Positions 33,914 through 48,500 of a stretch of 64,000 nt of DNA are shown piece by piece; within the stretch, counting starts at the first letter, position 1, and each line of letters opens with the position of its first letter. The stretch is from TPA_inf: Saccharomyces (Eukaryota). Location: positions 128,001 through 192,000 of the forward strand of contig BK006943.2 of NCBI GenBank assembly GCA_000146045.2, given 5' to 3'. A model generated the notes under the pieces. The model was given only the letters and a program-made list of their open reading frames with translations. It was not told the DNA's origin and ran no database searches. Position numbers and translations under genes: made by a program.

Positions 33914-36166
33914 ATGAGTATAATTAGTTCTTGGTTACTTGTCTCTATTATTTGCTTAACTACTTCTATTGTAACAAAATTGCAAGCTGCTGGAGTTACT
34001 ACCCATCTATTTTATTTAACAAGAGGTGCTCCCTTAAGTTTAAAGGAAAACTATTATCCTTGGTTGAAAGCTGGTTCTTTCTTTCCGGATGCTTTGTACT
34101 CATGTGCACCTTCAAATAAGGATTGGTCTGATTTTGCAGAATTCACTCATTGGCCCAATTTCTTAATGATTGCAGTATCTTATTGGCAGCAAAAGTATGG
34201 TCAGAACGATCGACTTCGGGGAACTCACGGCTCACTCGCACTAAAGTCATTTTTAATAGGGGTATTCACTCATCAGATAGTTGATGTTTCCTGGCATTCG
34301 TTAGTTACCGATTATAGAATGCACGGACTACTCCGAGTTCTCAGCGAAACAGAATTTGATGGAGATATTGAAACTGCTCATACGTTTTTAGACGTTATGG
34401 GTGAATTCCTCACCTTAAATAATGTAATCCGTGACAGTAATAATAACGAAAATTGGGATTTTTTAACTCGCTCTGATTGGAAATTGCCCAGAGAAGAGGA
34501 TTTAATGGAAATTATAAGGAACGCTGGACTTTCAAAGGAAAAGTTGTCCTACGCAGAACTGGAATTTTGCGTTAAAAGAGGAATGGCAGCGGCTATTAGT
34601 GAAGGGTACCTATTCCGCTCTCAAAGAAACCAATTGTTAACTAATATTTACTCAACATCCCCCAGGGCTAATGATCTAATACTGAATCATTGGCTAGGAG
34701 GGCAGTCCAATTTGGTTGCAATGCTCCAAAGATGCGTGCCTTTCTTCGAGACTTTGTTTCATGACGAGAATACTAATGAAGCTCAAGCAGAAGAACTGAG
34801 ATTATGTGCTAATTTACCGCCAGTATCACAAAAACGGATAAATGCACGACCTTTGGTCTCTTCATTAAAAGCACGTAAGGGAAATAGCCACATTGTCGTA
34901 TCTCCCATGAAATCATTTTCCGATTTTGGCACAAGCCTGACTATGGGAAAATTTCGAGAAGACAACAAGGATTATCTCGCTGTAAGTGCACCACTTGAAG
35001 ACACAGTTGGTGCAATCTATATAGTTCCATGGGATATTCTAACTGTAGCAAGAAAAGAGGATTTTAGCATTTTACAACCCATCACTGCCATGTACGGTTC
35101 AAAGGTCGGGACATACAAGGCAAGTGATGTTGACTACCTACTCGTTTCACAGCCTGGTACCTGTACAATCGACTTTTACTTCAAAGGAGTAAAAATACTG
35201 ACAATCAAGGATGAGACCACCGAAGAAGCACATCAGTTACAATTTGCTGTAACAGGTAATTTTTATGATGATAAGATTCCTGATTTGGTGGTGTCAAGCC
35301 CAAGTTATGGTGCCAACGAAACTGGAATTGCAACATTTATCCCAGGATCTTCCATAATAAGCTATTTGACCAATTCAGACAAATATCAAGTAGTTGATAT
35401 CTCAACTTTTAAGGGCGTTATTAACCTTGACGGGTACCCTATGAAAATACCATTTCAGCATTTCGGGGCAACAATTCAGATATCTGACACGACTGACAAA
35501 CAAAAGTTAATATATATTACATGTCAAAGTCTTGGTACTGTTTTTGTTTATTCGAGTAATGATTTACACGATTTGTCCATCCCAATATATTATATAACGA
35601 AAAATGGCGTCATTCCAGCAAAGGACAGTGACCACGTTGAGTGGCATATAATTCCCTCAAAAGAACATGGTATGTTCGGTGCAGCCATATATTCTTGGAA
35701 TTTTGAAGGTATGAGTTTTGTAGCCGTATCTCAACCAATGTTTGACACTGTGTTTATATATATTGAGAAGTCTGGGCAAATAGAGTTTTTCTTAAAACTG
35801 GTTCTAAAGATTAAGACAAAATCAGATTCAATCCCGGATGAGTTTGGTTCATCTTTGCTGTTTAATGACGAAGAAAAGAAATTGTACGTTTCCTCCCCAG
35901 GCAGTTTCGATGCAAGAGGAAGTATATGGAAAATTAGTATGGATGAGCTATTAAAGGCGGGAAACGATCCGAAGCGCAAAACCCTTTTGATTAATAATTT
36001 AAGGCATCTCATGCTCATAAATCCTGACAAAAGTAGCAAGGGTGTGTCAAATTTTGGTAATAGCATGATTTTGGGTCCCCAAAATCACCTTATAGTAGGC
36101 ATTCCCCAATATGGGTATGGAAATTTTGATCACATGCAGCTAACCGGTAGAATCCTGGTACTTTAA
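33914..36166 (+). CDS. uncharacterised secreted or membrane protein YJL132W, similar to GPI-specific phospholipase D
   Basis: 750-aa ORF with an N-terminal signal or anchor segment (MSIISSWLLVSIICLTTSIV). The N-terminal GPI-PLD-like region has an HxxH-like metal site. The C-terminal half is repeat-rich and beta-propeller-like. Length matches YJL132W. Confidence 0.75.
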   Translation: MSIISSWLLVSIICLTTSIVTKLQAAGVTTHLFYLTRGAPLSLKENYYPWLKAGSFFPDALYSCAPSNKDWSDFAEFTHWPNFLMIAVSYWQQKYGQNDRLRGTHGSLALKSFLIGVFTHQIVDVSWHSLVTDYRMHGLLRVLSETEFDGDIETAHTFLDVMGEFLTLNNVIRDSNNNENWDFLTRSDWKLPREEDLMEIIRNAGLSKEKLSYAELEFCVKRGMAAAISEGYLFRSQRNQLLTNIYSTSPRANDLILNHWLGGQSNLVAMLQRCVPFFETLFHDENTNEAQAEELRLCANLPPVSQKRINARPLVSSLKARKGNSHIVVSPMKSFSDFGTSLTMGKFREDNKDYLAVSAPLEDTVGAIYIVPWDILTVARKEDFSILQPITAMYGSKVGTYKASDVDYLLVSQPGTCTIDFYFKGVKILTIKDETTEEAHQLQFAVTGNFYDDKIPDLVVSSPSYGANETGIATFIPGSSIISYLTNSDKYQVVDISTFKGVINLDGYPMKIPFQHFGATIQISDTTDKQKLIYITCQSLGTVFVYSSNDLHDLSIPIYYITKNGVIPAKDSDHVEWHIIPSKEHGMFGAAIYSWNFEGMSFVAVSQPMFDTVFIYIEKSGQIEFFLKLVLKIKTKSDSIPDEFGSSLLFNDEEKKLYVSSPGSFDARGSIWKISMDELLKAGNDPKRKTLLINNLRHLMLINPDKSSKGVSNFGNSMILGPQNHLIVGIPQYGYGNFDHMQLTGRILVL

Positions 36167-36277
36167 TGATAAGTTATTATGTACAAGCATCGGTTTAGTT
36201 CAATTACATTAATTTAATACTTGAAAAGCATATTTGGCAATATGCGCTATATATATTCTGATGTCATTTGCTTCTAT

Positions 36278-37372
<1,095 letters not shown>

Positions 37373-37722
37373 TTACTGTGTATGCATCAGGTATGCATTT
37401 TGTGATATATAGCTGTTATAGTTTTCTGAACTTACTTTTTTAGACCCTTAAAGTTCTTACCGTCGCGGGAAAATTCAGGTAAAATTCAAGAGCTCAGGAT
37501 GAAAACTAGACAAAAGGAACGAGATTACCTTCAACTCCTATGCCTTAAACATTTTTTGTTTCCTCAAGAAAATTTGTTTACAAAATCATTCCATCTTTTG
37601 TTTTAAATAAAAACTCGACTTTGGGAAATCATATTATTGAGTGTAATATACAAATAAAAATATTGGTTAAAAAAGTTTAATAATAGATTATAAATTTAAA
37701 ATACGGATAGGTCTCTTATCAT

Positions 37723-40700
37723 TCACATATCAACACCCATGACCATGGCCAACAAAGCCATTCTGACGAACAAACCATACTTCATTTGTCTGAAGTAAGC
37801 AGCACGATGATCGTAGTCCACTTCCTCTTTGATTTCATTTACACGAGGCAATGGATGCATGATAGCCATATTTTCTTTGGCGTGTGCCAAGATCTTGTTG
37901 TCCACGATATAAGTATCCTTCAGACGTGCATATTCTTCAGGGCTATTGAATCTTTCTTCTTGGACCCTTGTACAATACAGAACATCGGTCTTTGAGATGA
38001 TATGAGGGGTTAATTCAATGCTCTCAACACCAAGTAAGCCAGCTTTTCTTAGCTCTTCTCTTAATCCTTCTGGTAACCTCAATTCCGGAGGAGAAACAAG
38101 ATTAATTCTGACTTGATAGTGCATTAACAAACGACACAATGAATGTACGGTTCTACCATGTTTGAGATCACCCATGAAAGTAACAGTAATACCATTAACA
38201 GTACCGATTTCTTCACGAATCGTAAACAAATCCAAGAAGGCCTGCGTAGGATGCTCGCGAGAACCATTACCACCATTAATAATTGGAACAGGAGAATATT
38301 TAGCGGCGATATGAACAGACATTTCTTCTGAATGACGCATGACAATGGCATCACTGTAACAAGCCAAAGTTCTGATAGTATCTTGAAGGGTTTCACCTTT
38401 CTTGACAGAAGACACCAATGGATTAACATTTACAATTCTACCACCCAAACGTTCCATAGCAGCAATGAATGAAGAACAAGTACGAGTAGATGGTTCAAAG
38501 AAAATTGTAGTAATAACGTGGCCTTTCATTAAATCTAAGACACCTTCTCTTGCGACAGCTGCCCTTAGTTCTTGTGCAACAGCAAACAACACATGGAAAT
38601 CAGAACGTTTGAATTGTTTGATAGACAATATATGTCTTCCGCGGAATGGATTGTTACTACGGATCAAATTCTGGATGGCGCCTGGAGCAACAAGTTCTCT
38701 TGGTGGCCTTGAAGACATCAATTTTTGTTCCAAAGGCTGTTCTGGAATTGCATCCTCCGCGGCATCTAAATTATCAGCGATTGCTTCTTCCGTGATCGAG
38801 AACCTTCTTTTAGCACTAGTAGATTGGAGCTCTGCGGAAGCAGTTATGGAAGCTGGACTTGGATTAACAATGCATTTTCCTTTGGCGCCTGGTGAAACTA
38901 ATTCACCGCTCAAAACTAATGTTTCGCCATTATAGACAACACGCTCAATACCACCGTTCATATCTTTGTTGAATGGTGACCATCTCTTATTACGTCTGAA
39001 AGAATAATCCAAATCAATTTCGACAACTGAGTCCTGAGTAGGGATGTTGAAAATTTTAGCGGGATTGTCATGCAGACGAAGGACGATATCATCAATGGTT
39101 AATTTACCTTCTTCAACAGCAGCCAACAATAGTGGTAATGAATCTTTGATACCCATACCAACATCAACCTTGTTACCTGTGACATTTGCCAAGGCGACAG
39201 GAAGAGCACCGACAGAGAAAGCATCGATACTATCAAGGTTGTTCCAGAAAAACTCTTGATCTTCCTTAGTAGGCAAGAAAACTGCCTCCGGATAGTCATC
39301 TTGGGCAATAAACAAAGAATAAATATTGACATCACAAGTCACTCTAGGGTCTTTTGCCTTGACCGTCATGATCAAAGCTAAATCTTCCTTATTCGAAACA
39401 CCAGTAATGTGAATAGATCTGTTTTGAAGGGAGGTTAACAATAAAACCGATGCCAAATCTGCAGTTTTAGCTTCTGCAATCACTTGCTTTTCAGTTGGCC
39501 ACTGATTCAGAAGTTCAGCTACTGCTGTGATCTTGTTCTTTAATTCACGTAGGGGCAAAAACAATGCTGTCACTTTGCTAGCAGATTGCGTAACACTATG
39601 AGCATTGTGTGCTGTACCAGCAATAGTGAAAGAAAAGTCAGTGTAAGATGAATCTTGGGAAACAGAGTTTGCGGCCTTCAAGGATGCAACGTCAGTAATA
39701 ACAGGTCCGCTGATGGATCTGGGCATCAATTGACAGTATGTAAAACCGGATTCCAAAAATAGACGTGTGGTCTCCTTCAGTTCAGCTGGGCCTTTGATAA
39801 CATGGGATGCATTCGGAACATAAGTTGCGATATTGATTAAACCAGGTAAGGTAATAGTTCTGTGGGAAGTTTGTGCATCACGTTCAGAAACATCTAAAGT
39901 GATATTTCTTGAAATGGCTTCAATCAACAATTTTGCACATTTAACGTTAGTAACCAACGGAACCGAATAATCGACAGCCAAACGACGTGTTTTATACCCC
40001 TTTGAAACATAGGATGCAGGACGACGGAACCTGTTGGCAGAAGGCAAGTTGATGTAAAGGTCAATTTCATTATTAGCCAAATGTTGAGTAAGTGAGTATT
40101 CTGATTTTTGATCATCATCATCCTTGTTTAAAACCTCCAGATATTGGACGGCAATACCATGTTCAGATAAAAAGTCAGCAGTACCTGATGTTGCAAATAA
40201 TTTATATCCCATGTTGTATAGTTTTTGTACGGAAGAAAGCAATTCTTGTTTTTCCTTGTAAGAACCAATAGACAATAAAATATTCTTCTTTGGAAGTTTG
40301 AAGCCGGTTGCCAACAAAGACTTTAAGTATGCTTCATACTTCGAGTGGCCAAAAGTAGCGACTTCACCAGTAGAGGCCATTTCAACACCTAAGACTGGAT
40401 CAGCTCCTGCTAAACGTGGGAAAGAGAATTGTGGTACTTTAACGGCGACATAATCATCTGGTAATTTTTCAACAGGATAAGGCGTCAAAGGCAAACCCAT
40501 TATGGCCTTTGTTGCCAATTCAATCAGATTGACGCCAACAACCTTTGAAATGAATGGGAAAGATCTCGAAGCACGAACATTACATTCTATGACCTTGATT
40601 TCATTGTCCTTTGCAATGAATTGGATGTTGTATGGACCTGTAATTTTCAAAGCCTTACCAATTTTAGCAGTGGCGACAACAATTCTATCCACAGTTTCAG

Positions 40701-43700
40701 GAGCCAAATCTTGAGGTGGAACGATTAATGTTGCATCACCCGAGTGGACACCTGCATTTTCAACATGCTCAGAGACAACATGCATAACCAATTCACCATT
40801 TCTTGCAACTGCATCCATTTCAATCTCCTTTGCGTTTTCAATATATTTAGTGATAACAACAGGATAATCACGTGAAACTTCGACGGCTTGGTTTAAGTAG
40901 GATTCCAAATCGTTTTTAGAATAAACAGTATTCATGGCGGCACCGGATAACACATAAGATGGACGTACCAAAACTGGATAACCCACCTTTTCGGCAAAAG
41001 ATTCAGCTTCGTCCATGGATGTCAATTCTTTCCAAGCTGGTTGGTCAACACCAATTTGATCCAACATACGAGAGAACTTGTAACGGTTTTCAGCAGAATC
41101 AATCATGTCAGGGGATGTACCAAGAATCTTTACATTTTCACGATGTAAAGTCATGGCGATGTTGTTGGAAGTTTGACCACCCATTGATACGACAACACCG
41201 CTTGAGTTTTCAATCTCGTAAATATCCAAAACTCTTTCAAGGTTGATGGTTTCAAAGTATAGTCTATCAGCCTCATCATAATCTGTGGAAACAGTTTCTG
41301 GATTATAGTTGACCATGATAGTTTTGATATTGTTGGCACGTAATGTTCTAACTGCAGTAACAGCACACCAATCAAATTCGACAGAAGAACCGATACGGTA
41401 AACACCAGAACCCAAGACCATAACACCGTGGTCATCAAAGGATAAATCGTGTGAGTCAGCATTGTATGTCATGTATAAATAGTTCGTGTAAGCGGGGAAT
41501 TCAGCGGCAACTGTATCAATTTGTTTGACAAATGGTGTAATTCCATATTCTTTTCTTAATCTACGGATGGCAACTTCGTTGGAATCCAAAAATCTTGCAA
41601 TCTGTCTGTCATCAAAACCTAACTGCTTAGCCTGTCTTAAAACTAAGGAAGGTAATTCCTCTTTAGTACCAAATGAACTAATTTTCTCAGCAAATTGGAC
41701 CAAATCGTGCAGTTTGTTTAAAAACCACTTATCAATTCTAGTCATTTCCCAGACTTTATCAACAGAATATCCCTTCTTAGCAAAAGCATTTGCAATGGCG
41801 AAGACACGCATATCCGTAGGGTTGTTCAACTCGTAATCAATGTCGATATCTAGATCTGTCTCATTGAATCCGAGGTTAGCATATTCTGTGGATCTGATAG
41901 CTTTTTGAATAGCTTCTTCGAAGGTTCTACCGATGCTCATAACTTCACCAACAGATTTCATTGATGAAGATAATTCGGTAGAAACTCTGGTGAACTTCTT
42001 CAAATCCCATCTTGGCATTTTGACAACACAGTAGTCTAGAGAAGGTTCAAAACAAGCACATGTGGATTTTGTGACGGAATTCTTAACTTCATTTAATGGG
42101 ATATTCAAACCTAACTTAGCCGCAGTGTAGGCCAATGGGTAACCAGTAGCCTTAGAAGCTAAAGCAGAGGAACGTGACAAACGCGCATTAACTTCAATGA
42201 TGCAATAATCCTTAGAAACGGGATTTAAAGCATATTGGATATTACATTCACCAACAACACCTAAGTGTCTAATAACATTAACAGCAGTAGTTCTTAACAT
42301 ATTGTAATCTTCATCAGATAAAGTTTGAGATGGGGCTACAACGATGGAATCACCGGTGTGAATACCTAGTGGATCAAAATTTTCCATATTACAAACAGTA
42401 ATACAGTTGTCAAAAGCATCACGAACAACTTCATATTCGACTTCTTTCCAACCTTTCATAGATTTCTCGACTAAAACTTGAGGTGAGGATGAAAATGCAA
42501 CATTACATAGATCAACCAATTCTTTTTCATTATTAGCGAAACCGGAACCTAAACCTCCCAATGCATATGCAGCACGTACAATAACTGGGAAACCGATCTC
42601 CTTGACAGCGGCCAATGCCTCGTCCACTGAATTAGCAGCTTGAGATTTCGCACATTTTTCATTAATTTCGTCAATGGCATTACTGAAGAGTTCACGGTCT
42701 TCCGTGGTAATAATAGTATCGATTGGAGTACCCAATACTTTAACTCCTAACGCCTCAAATTCATCTTTCATGGCTATACCAACAGATAAAGCAGTTTGTC
42801 CACCAAATGTCACATAAATGGCGTCCGGCCTTTCATGTAAAATAACTTTTCTCACGAACTCTGCAGTAACAGGAACAAAATAAACCTTATCAGCCAACCC
42901 TTTCGAAGTTTGGATGGTAGCAATGTTTGGATTAATTAAAATTGTATAGATACCTTCTTCTTTCAAAGCTTTGATGGCTTGAGAACCAGAGTAGTCAAAT
43001 TCACCAGCTTGACCGATGGACAAACCACCAGAACCGAGAACTAGAACCTTCTTCGCTTCGATTCTAGGGTGTGCCTTAACGTTATCCTCTAATAGGCCAC
43101 CTGGGAAAGCGATTGGTTTCAACACTTGTGTATACTTGAATTCTTTAACTGCTTGGATAAAAACGTCAAACAAGAATTCTGTATCTCTTGGGCCAGGTGT
43201 GGATTCTGGATGGAATTGGACGGAAAAATAAGGTAATTCAGAATGATAGATACCTTCGTTAGAGTCATCATTCGCGTTAACAAACAATGGCTTCCATCCG
43301 GAAGTTAGAGTGTCAACATCCACAGCGAACCCATGGTTTTGAGATGTTATGTAACAACGACCACTTATAGTTGATGTACAAGGTATGTTATGACCACGGT
43401 TACCAAATTTTAGTTTTAGGGTGGATGCACCGGCAGCTCTTGCTATCAATTGATGACCGAGACAAATACCGAATACTGGCGTCTTTTTAGCCTCCAGGAC
43501 ATTTGACAATCTTTGAGATAGATCATCTAGAACAGATGGATCACCTGGACCATTTGAAATAAACAGACCATCATAATCTTCTTTAGTGAAATCGTAGTTC
43601 CATGGAACAACTTTCAATTCTACACCCCTTTTGATAAAACAACGAATTTGATTGTATTTCATACCCACGTCAATGGCTAGAATCCTTAAAACTTTACCAT

Positions 43701-44367
43701 CGGGTCCGGTTTGCAATTCGATGTGCTTATTGTCTGCTGGAGGAACGTACAATTTAGGTTCATTGATGGAGACCTTAGAAACTAGGTTTTGAACATTTGG
43801 ATCCACCCATTCAGGAACATCAAACGCACTTCTCCAAGAGGAAGATCTGGAGATGGTTCTGTCAGAGCCGCTTTTTTCCAAAGACAACCTACCCAACATT
43901 GAACCTGCATCTCTCAAATGCTTGGTCAATGATCTTGTATCAACACCATAAACAGCTGGGATCCCTTCATTTTGTAACCATTTACCTAAGGAAGATTTAG
44001 CAAGATAATGAGAGTACTCGTCGGTATAGTGAGAAATAACTAAACCGGCAATATGGATTCTATTACTTTCAAAATATCTTGGCAATTCTTCGACCAATTC
44101 ATCTCTCAAGTGCATATCTGGGACACCATAATTGCCTACCAATGGGTAAGTGATGACTAAGATCTGGCCTTCATAAGATGGATCGGTCACAGATTCAGGA
44201 TAACCAACCATACCAGTTTGGAAAACTAATTCACCAGCGACGGATTTCTCAGCACCAAATGAATAACCTTGTAAGACCGTGCCGTCCTTAAGTTCCAACG
44301 TAACCAGACGGTCACCCGTAGATTCCATTGGAGGGGTGATTGGAGCAGTGGGAGCAATAGTGGCCAT
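37723..44367 (-). CDS. URA2: multifunctional pyrimidine biosynthesis enzyme: glutamine amidotransferase, carbamoyl-phosphate synthetase and aspartate transcarbamylase
   Basis: From the ATG (complement of 44365..44367) the protein is 2214 aa, [21 protein letters not shown].... It contains a GATase domain, two CPSase ATP-grasp repeats, a degenerate DHOase-like region and a C-terminal ATCase domain (STRTR...HPLP). Confidence 0.95.
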   Translation of the reverse strand: MATIAPTAPITPPMESTGDRLVTLELKDGTVLQGYSFGAEKSVAGELVFQTGMVGYPESVTDPSYEGQILVITYPLVGNYGVPDMHLRDELVEELPRYFESNRIHIAGLVISHYTDEYSHYLAKSSLGKWLQNEGIPAVYGVDTRSLTKHLRDAGSMLGRLSLEKSGSDRTISRSSSWRSAFDVPEWVDPNVQNLVSKVSINEPKLYVPPADNKHIELQTGPDGKVLRILAIDVGMKYNQIRCFIKRGVELKVVPWNYDFTKEDYDGLFISNGPGDPSVLDDLSQRLSNVLEAKKTPVFGICLGHQLIARAAGASTLKLKFGNRGHNIPCTSTISGRCYITSQNHGFAVDVDTLTSGWKPLFVNANDDSNEGIYHSELPYFSVQFHPESTPGPRDTEFLFDVFIQAVKEFKYTQVLKPIAFPGGLLEDNVKAHPRIEAKKVLVLGSGGLSIGQAGEFDYSGSQAIKALKEEGIYTILINPNIATIQTSKGLADKVYFVPVTAEFVRKVILHERPDAIYVTFGGQTALSVGIAMKDEFEALGVKVLGTPIDTIITTEDRELFSNAIDEINEKCAKSQAANSVDEALAAVKEIGFPVIVRAAYALGGLGSGFANNEKELVDLCNVAFSSSPQVLVEKSMKGWKEVEYEVVRDAFDNCITVCNMENFDPLGIHTGDSIVVAPSQTLSDEDYNMLRTTAVNVIRHLGVVGECNIQYALNPVSKDYCIIEVNARLSRSSALASKATGYPLAYTAAKLGLNIPLNEVKNSVTKSTCACFEPSLDYCVVKMPRWDLKKFTRVSTELSSSMKSVGEVMSIGRTFEEAIQKAIRSTEYANLGFNETDLDIDIDYELNNPTDMRVFAIANAFAKKGYSVDKVWEMTRIDKWFLNKLHDLVQFAEKISSFGTKEELPSLVLRQAKQLGFDDRQIARFLDSNEVAIRRLRKEYGITPFVKQIDTVAAEFPAYTNYLYMTYNADSHDLSFDDHGVMVLGSGVYRIGSSVEFDWCAVTAVRTLRANNIKTIMVNYNPETVSTDYDEADRLYFETINLERVLDIYEIENSSGVVVSMGGQTSNNIAMTLHRENVKILGTSPDMIDSAENRYKFSRMLDQIGVDQPAWKELTSMDEAESFAEKVGYPVLVRPSYVLSGAAMNTVYSKNDLESYLNQAVEVSRDYPVVITKYIENAKEIEMDAVARNGELVMHVVSEHVENAGVHSGDATLIVPPQDLAPETVDRIVVATAKIGKALKITGPYNIQFIAKDNEIKVIECNVRASRSFPFISKVVGVNLIELATKAIMGLPLTPYPVEKLPDDYVAVKVPQFSFPRLAGADPVLGVEMASTGEVATFGHSKYEAYLKSLLATGFKLPKKNILLSIGSYKEKQELLSSVQKLYNMGYKLFATSGTADFLSEHGIAVQYLEVLNKDDDDQKSEYSLTQHLANNEIDLYINLPSANRFRRPASYVSKGYKTRRLAVDYSVPLVTNVKCAKLLIEAISRNITLDVSERDAQTSHRTITLPGLINIATYVPNASHVIKGPAELKETTRLFLESGFTYCQLMPRSISGPVITDVASLKAANSVSQDSSYTDFSFTIAGTAHNAHSVTQSASKVTALFLPLRELKNKITAVAELLNQWPTEKQVIAEAKTADLASVLLLTSLQNRSIHITGVSNKEDLALIMTVKAKDPRVTCDVNIYSLFIAQDDYPEAVFLPTKEDQEFFWNNLDSIDAFSVGALPVALANVTGNKVDVGMGIKDSLPLLLAAVEEGKLTIDDIVLRLHDNPAKIFNIPTQDSVVEIDLDYSFRRNKRWSPFNKDMNGGIERVVYNGETLVLSGELVSPGAKGKCIVNPSPASITASAELQSTSAKRRFSITEEAIADNLDAAEDAIPEQPLEQKLMSSRPPRELVAPGAIQNLIRSNNPFRGRHILSIKQFKRSDFHVLFAVAQELRAAVAREGVLDLMKGHVITTIFFEPSTRTCSSFIAAMERLGGRIVNVNPLVSSVKKGETLQDTIRTLACYSDAIVMRHSEEMSVHIAAKYSPVPIINGGNGSREHPTQAFLDLFTIREEIGTVNGITVTFMGDLKHGRTVHSLCRLLMHYQVRINLVSPPELRLPEGLREELRKAGLLGVESIELTPHIISKTDVLYCTRVQEERFNSPEEYARLKDTYIVDNKILAHAKENMAIMHPLPRVNEIKEEVDYDHRAAYFRQMKYGLFVRMALLAMVMGVDM

Positions 44368-44555
44368 ATTATGATTGTTATATTCTATTAGGTAAGGTTT
44401 ATGTGTTGTATGCTGCAATTAGTTATGGATTTCTATCGTCGTTAATATTAATGTTAGTAATTGTTGATCGTTCAAGCCAGATGCCGATATAAAATCAGAA
44501 CTAATTGAAGAGATTGATTTGCTTTCGTGCCATGAAGATCTCTATCAATTGCGAT

Positions 44556-44592
44556 TCTTTTCTTTTTTTTTTCTTTCTTTTTTTTCTTTCCT
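44556..44592. repeat. long pyrimidine (T-rich) tract in the URA2 upstream region
   Basis: cttttctttttttttttctttcttttttttctttcc on the plus strand, which is A-rich on the URA2 sense strand. It lies about 190-225 bp upstream of the URA2 ATG. Confidence 0.8.
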
Positions 44593-45598
44593 ATTCCAGG
44601 TAATGAAAAACGACATCATCGCAGAGTCAAACGGCTTCTATTTTCCACGCCCAGATACTAAAATACGCGCCCACTGATATTGCGACTGGCATCGCATGGT
44701 CTGAATAGATGGCAACATTAAGGCTTCTCAAAAGTAATCATAAAAAACATACTCAAATTTGAATGCTAACGGATTATAATGTTTCCTTTTTCTTTCAATT
44801 CAAAGTTGAACGTGGTGAGTCTTTAACAAAAGAGTAGAAGTATTTATAAGTTTTTTTGGCTAGATATAGCGGTATTCCTCAATTCTTTCTCAAGTGCTTC
44901 CGTAGAGAAAATGTTCAGGAAACCTTTTGTTTGTGGTTGTTGTCGACAGGTTTTTTATTTTCTACAATCAAGAATAAGATAAAAATACAAGACCATTAGG
45001 AAAGACGATAATTTGAAAGAAAATTGGTGTAGTTAAAACATACTAGATATGATATTATACTAATTGAGCAAAATAGAGAAGGAAAGAGAGGATTCTCTCT
45101 CTGAGTAAAATCGATGAGTGGGGATTTTGTCAAAGTATTTATACTTTTTGTCCATACCATTTGTCCTACTTTTTTACCGTTTTTTTTTTTTTCAAGGCCA
45201 GGGAAAAAAGAGTCATTGCGTTTGTGTGACATTTCTTTTAATATTCATCGGAGAACACCGGCGGGCCACAGAGAAAAAAAAAAAGTCCATATTCCATGTA
45301 CACTGCAAATAACCAAGATTTTTCATTTTTCACGAAAAGAGGGACAATGTACTAATGGCGTTGACGATGACGAAAGCACCATTTTGGACATTGTATGTCG
45401 TACATTATCGTAGAGAGATTCGGTTGTCTTTAAGGGACCGAAAAAAAGAAAGAAATCTTAGGACATCAGAAATGTACGTAGGCAAATGTATATCACAATG
45501 TTACTAATCAAGGTTAAAAAAAAAAAATCCTTTTAATGCTTAATTACCTTCTTAAATATTGAGTACGAAAACCTATTTCTAAAGAATGAGTATATATG

Positions 45599-48500
45599 TT
45601 AGAGCGTTGTGCTGCTCCTTTTAGGATTTCGGGAATGTGTGGTCTTACGCTTAAGAGCTCCCCAACGATGTTTCACATCAGTGAAACTTCTCTTGAAATG
45701 TTCCGTCATTGGGTCTTCTGTATTGGTTCTAGCCTGTCTCTTCAATTTCATGCCCTCAAGGTGGTCAATATGTTCAAGTCTATCACTAGGCAAGATAATT
45801 GCACGATCCAGTGAGTATGGTAGACCTCTATTCTTGCCTCTGATCAGCATAGCTATGATCACCAACTTAGATAATGTAGTAAACTGTCTTGAAAACGATT
45901 GGTTGGTGTCCGGATAACCTAGCGATAGCCCAACTGTACCGTAAGCGCTAACAATTTCAAAAAGAATTGCAAATATATTAAAGTTTGGTTCTTGTACGTC
46001 CTTTATCTTGTCCCCTTCACAAATGCAAATGATAAATAACCCTAAAAATAGAAACCACAAGTCAAATGAAAGCTGTTTCCTTAAATGGGCACCGATAAAG
46101 GATTTTGTAGATATTTCATTTGGATTTTCAGTTTTCTTTTTCTTTTTCTTTTTCCTGTTGTTATTGTTGTTGTTGTTCGAACTACTTCTTTGACTACTTT
46201 GACCTTCGTGACTCTCGTTTTCCTCGTCGTCATCTTCATCGTTACCATCGTCTTCAGTATCCGTATCTTCTGGTTCTCCCCCCATATCTCCATATAGTCC
46301 TAAAGATTGCTCCTCGTAAACATTTGTCCGTCGAATAGAGATGGCCAATGGTAATACGGAGACATACATCATTAGCATATAGGAGACTTGGATAGAAGGA
46401 TGCAGTTGACTTAAATCGACAACGCTGAATCCAGCAGTTCTTGTGCTAACAGATTGAAACAGGCCGACAAGGACTCTATAGCCTTTCGATAATGATTTCA
46501 CAACTGTTGAGCCAAAATCTAGAATAATAAATAAAATCCAATCAGTTATATTCAATCCTGCAAGCGTTAAAAGTAGCCACCATGTAGCTGCCTTAGGAAA
46601 TAGCAAGGTGAAACAACGACGTGGATGGTCTAAGAGAAAACCTAAACTTTCTCTCATCTGTGATAAATCAGGAGAAATTTTAAACATTATCCAAATGATG
46701 CATCTAAGAAGGATGGGAAACCCTGTATTTCCGATAATGATAAACCAAATCATAACGATCAATGGGTATACAGCTTTGTTAAACGACATCATTGAATTTG
46801 GAGTTAATGTCAAACCTAAATCATTAAATGCACTCATTGCTGTCCAAAATCCCCACCATGTAGGTGAAACACCATCATCTCTAACAACTTCACTATAATG
46901 CTTTTTCAAAATAATCCAAGGTACTAACATAACAAAAGCAACAATATGCCATCCAACGTAGTAGACAACCAATATGGTGCATAAAAGTTTGATTGCTCTG
47001 TACTCGACACCACCTAATTCATCTTTCTGGGCTCTTGTTAATCCAAGGAAGTTTGAGTTACGTCCAATAGTTGGTTGCCATGATAGATACGTTTTACCAC
47101 TGCCTTTAGATAAATCATGACGAGGATCTAGGTCATAATCGGTATCGAAATGTAAACCATAATAGCCTTCTTCATCGTCGTTGTAAGTAGGATAGTTGTT
47201 AAGACCATTGTGGTCGCTTCCTCCATTCGTGGAATAGATATTCTCATTAGAGTCGGAAGAGGCTTCTTCGCTTCCATTTTTATGAGAGCCATCATGATGT
47301 AAAATAGACTCTGCGTAATGAAGAATACTGTTTCCAGTATTACTATTATCAGGATAATTGCGATCGCTGTCAGATGCATAGGGACCATGTTCAAATATCT
47401 TGTTATTCCATCCCCTCTTCCTAAAGTTCGGTTTTTTTCTATGATGGGCTTTCCAATTTTGATAGACCATTTTTTGAAAATCAGGCGTCCTTGCGAGCTC
47501 ATTTAGATCCTTAGCCTCTGCCATATCGATGGTCCTGGAACGTTCCATAGGAACTGCTCTTGAACGATTATCATCAAATGATTTGGTTTTATACATGCGG
47601 TGCAGGTTCTGCTGCAGTTGGTGTTTTTCTTGCTGTTGTTGGTGCGATTTGAGTTCTGAATCAGAATGTGGTTCAGACTGCTGTACTCGTTCATCTTCAT
47701 CGCCGCTTTCGTTGTCAGCAAAGTATTCTTCGTTGTTATCGCCGTCGTTGTCATCGTCATCATCATCATCATCCATATCAGTAATAGGTTTTCTATCTGA
47801 AACATTGTTACTGCTGTTTTTCTCAATTGAACCAGTAGAAAGCCTTCTCTTAATTTGTTGCCGTATTCGCCGCGCTTTAGGAAAATGTTTCATGAGGTAC
47901 TTCTTCGATGCTTTTTTTCGATAAAGAACGGAAGATTTTGGGTTCAAATCATCGAAGGTTGAAACTCTTTTTGAAATTTTTCTAGGAGGTTTAGTTATAT
48001 CGAATTGAATTGATGGCCCATGCTTTTTGTCTGTTTCTGCGTTATCAGTAATGGCTATCGGGCCCGAATTTGATCTATGAGTATTTGTTCTTAATGAAGG
48101 TACTTTGTTACCAAAATTTGTGTGTAACGAGCTTTCGTCCGAAACGCTCGCCGTACTGTTTGCTTCACTTGACACGGAATTTTGATCAGTGTTACTTTCA
48201 TTTCCCTTATCTCGAATCTTGATTTTGTTACCATTTATGCCGGTGGCCTTCTTTAGCTTATTGACATTACTTTTATATCTTGTGCCATCCGCAGGGGACC
48301 CGATGACTAAAGGGGGACCTTCATCTTCAGCAGTTGCTTCATGCTTACCTTGTAGCATCATAATGGATCGATACATATCGGCTGGGCTAATATCTCTTGA
48401 ACCCCTTCTTTTTGCAAATTTCTCTGAGGGAACTCTTGCGGGTCTTTGTTTGCTGTGTGGCTCATCAAACCGAAGACTGCTTGGCTTGGGCTTCTGATTT

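Noticed and set aside
38402-38935. 177-codon plus-strand ORF inside URA2, with several other 60-100 codon ORFs inside VPS35, TRK1, PBS2, SPT10 and YAK1.
   Set aside because: All are antisense or out of frame within long, well-supported genes and have no recognisable domains. This is the expected chance occurrence in 64 kb.
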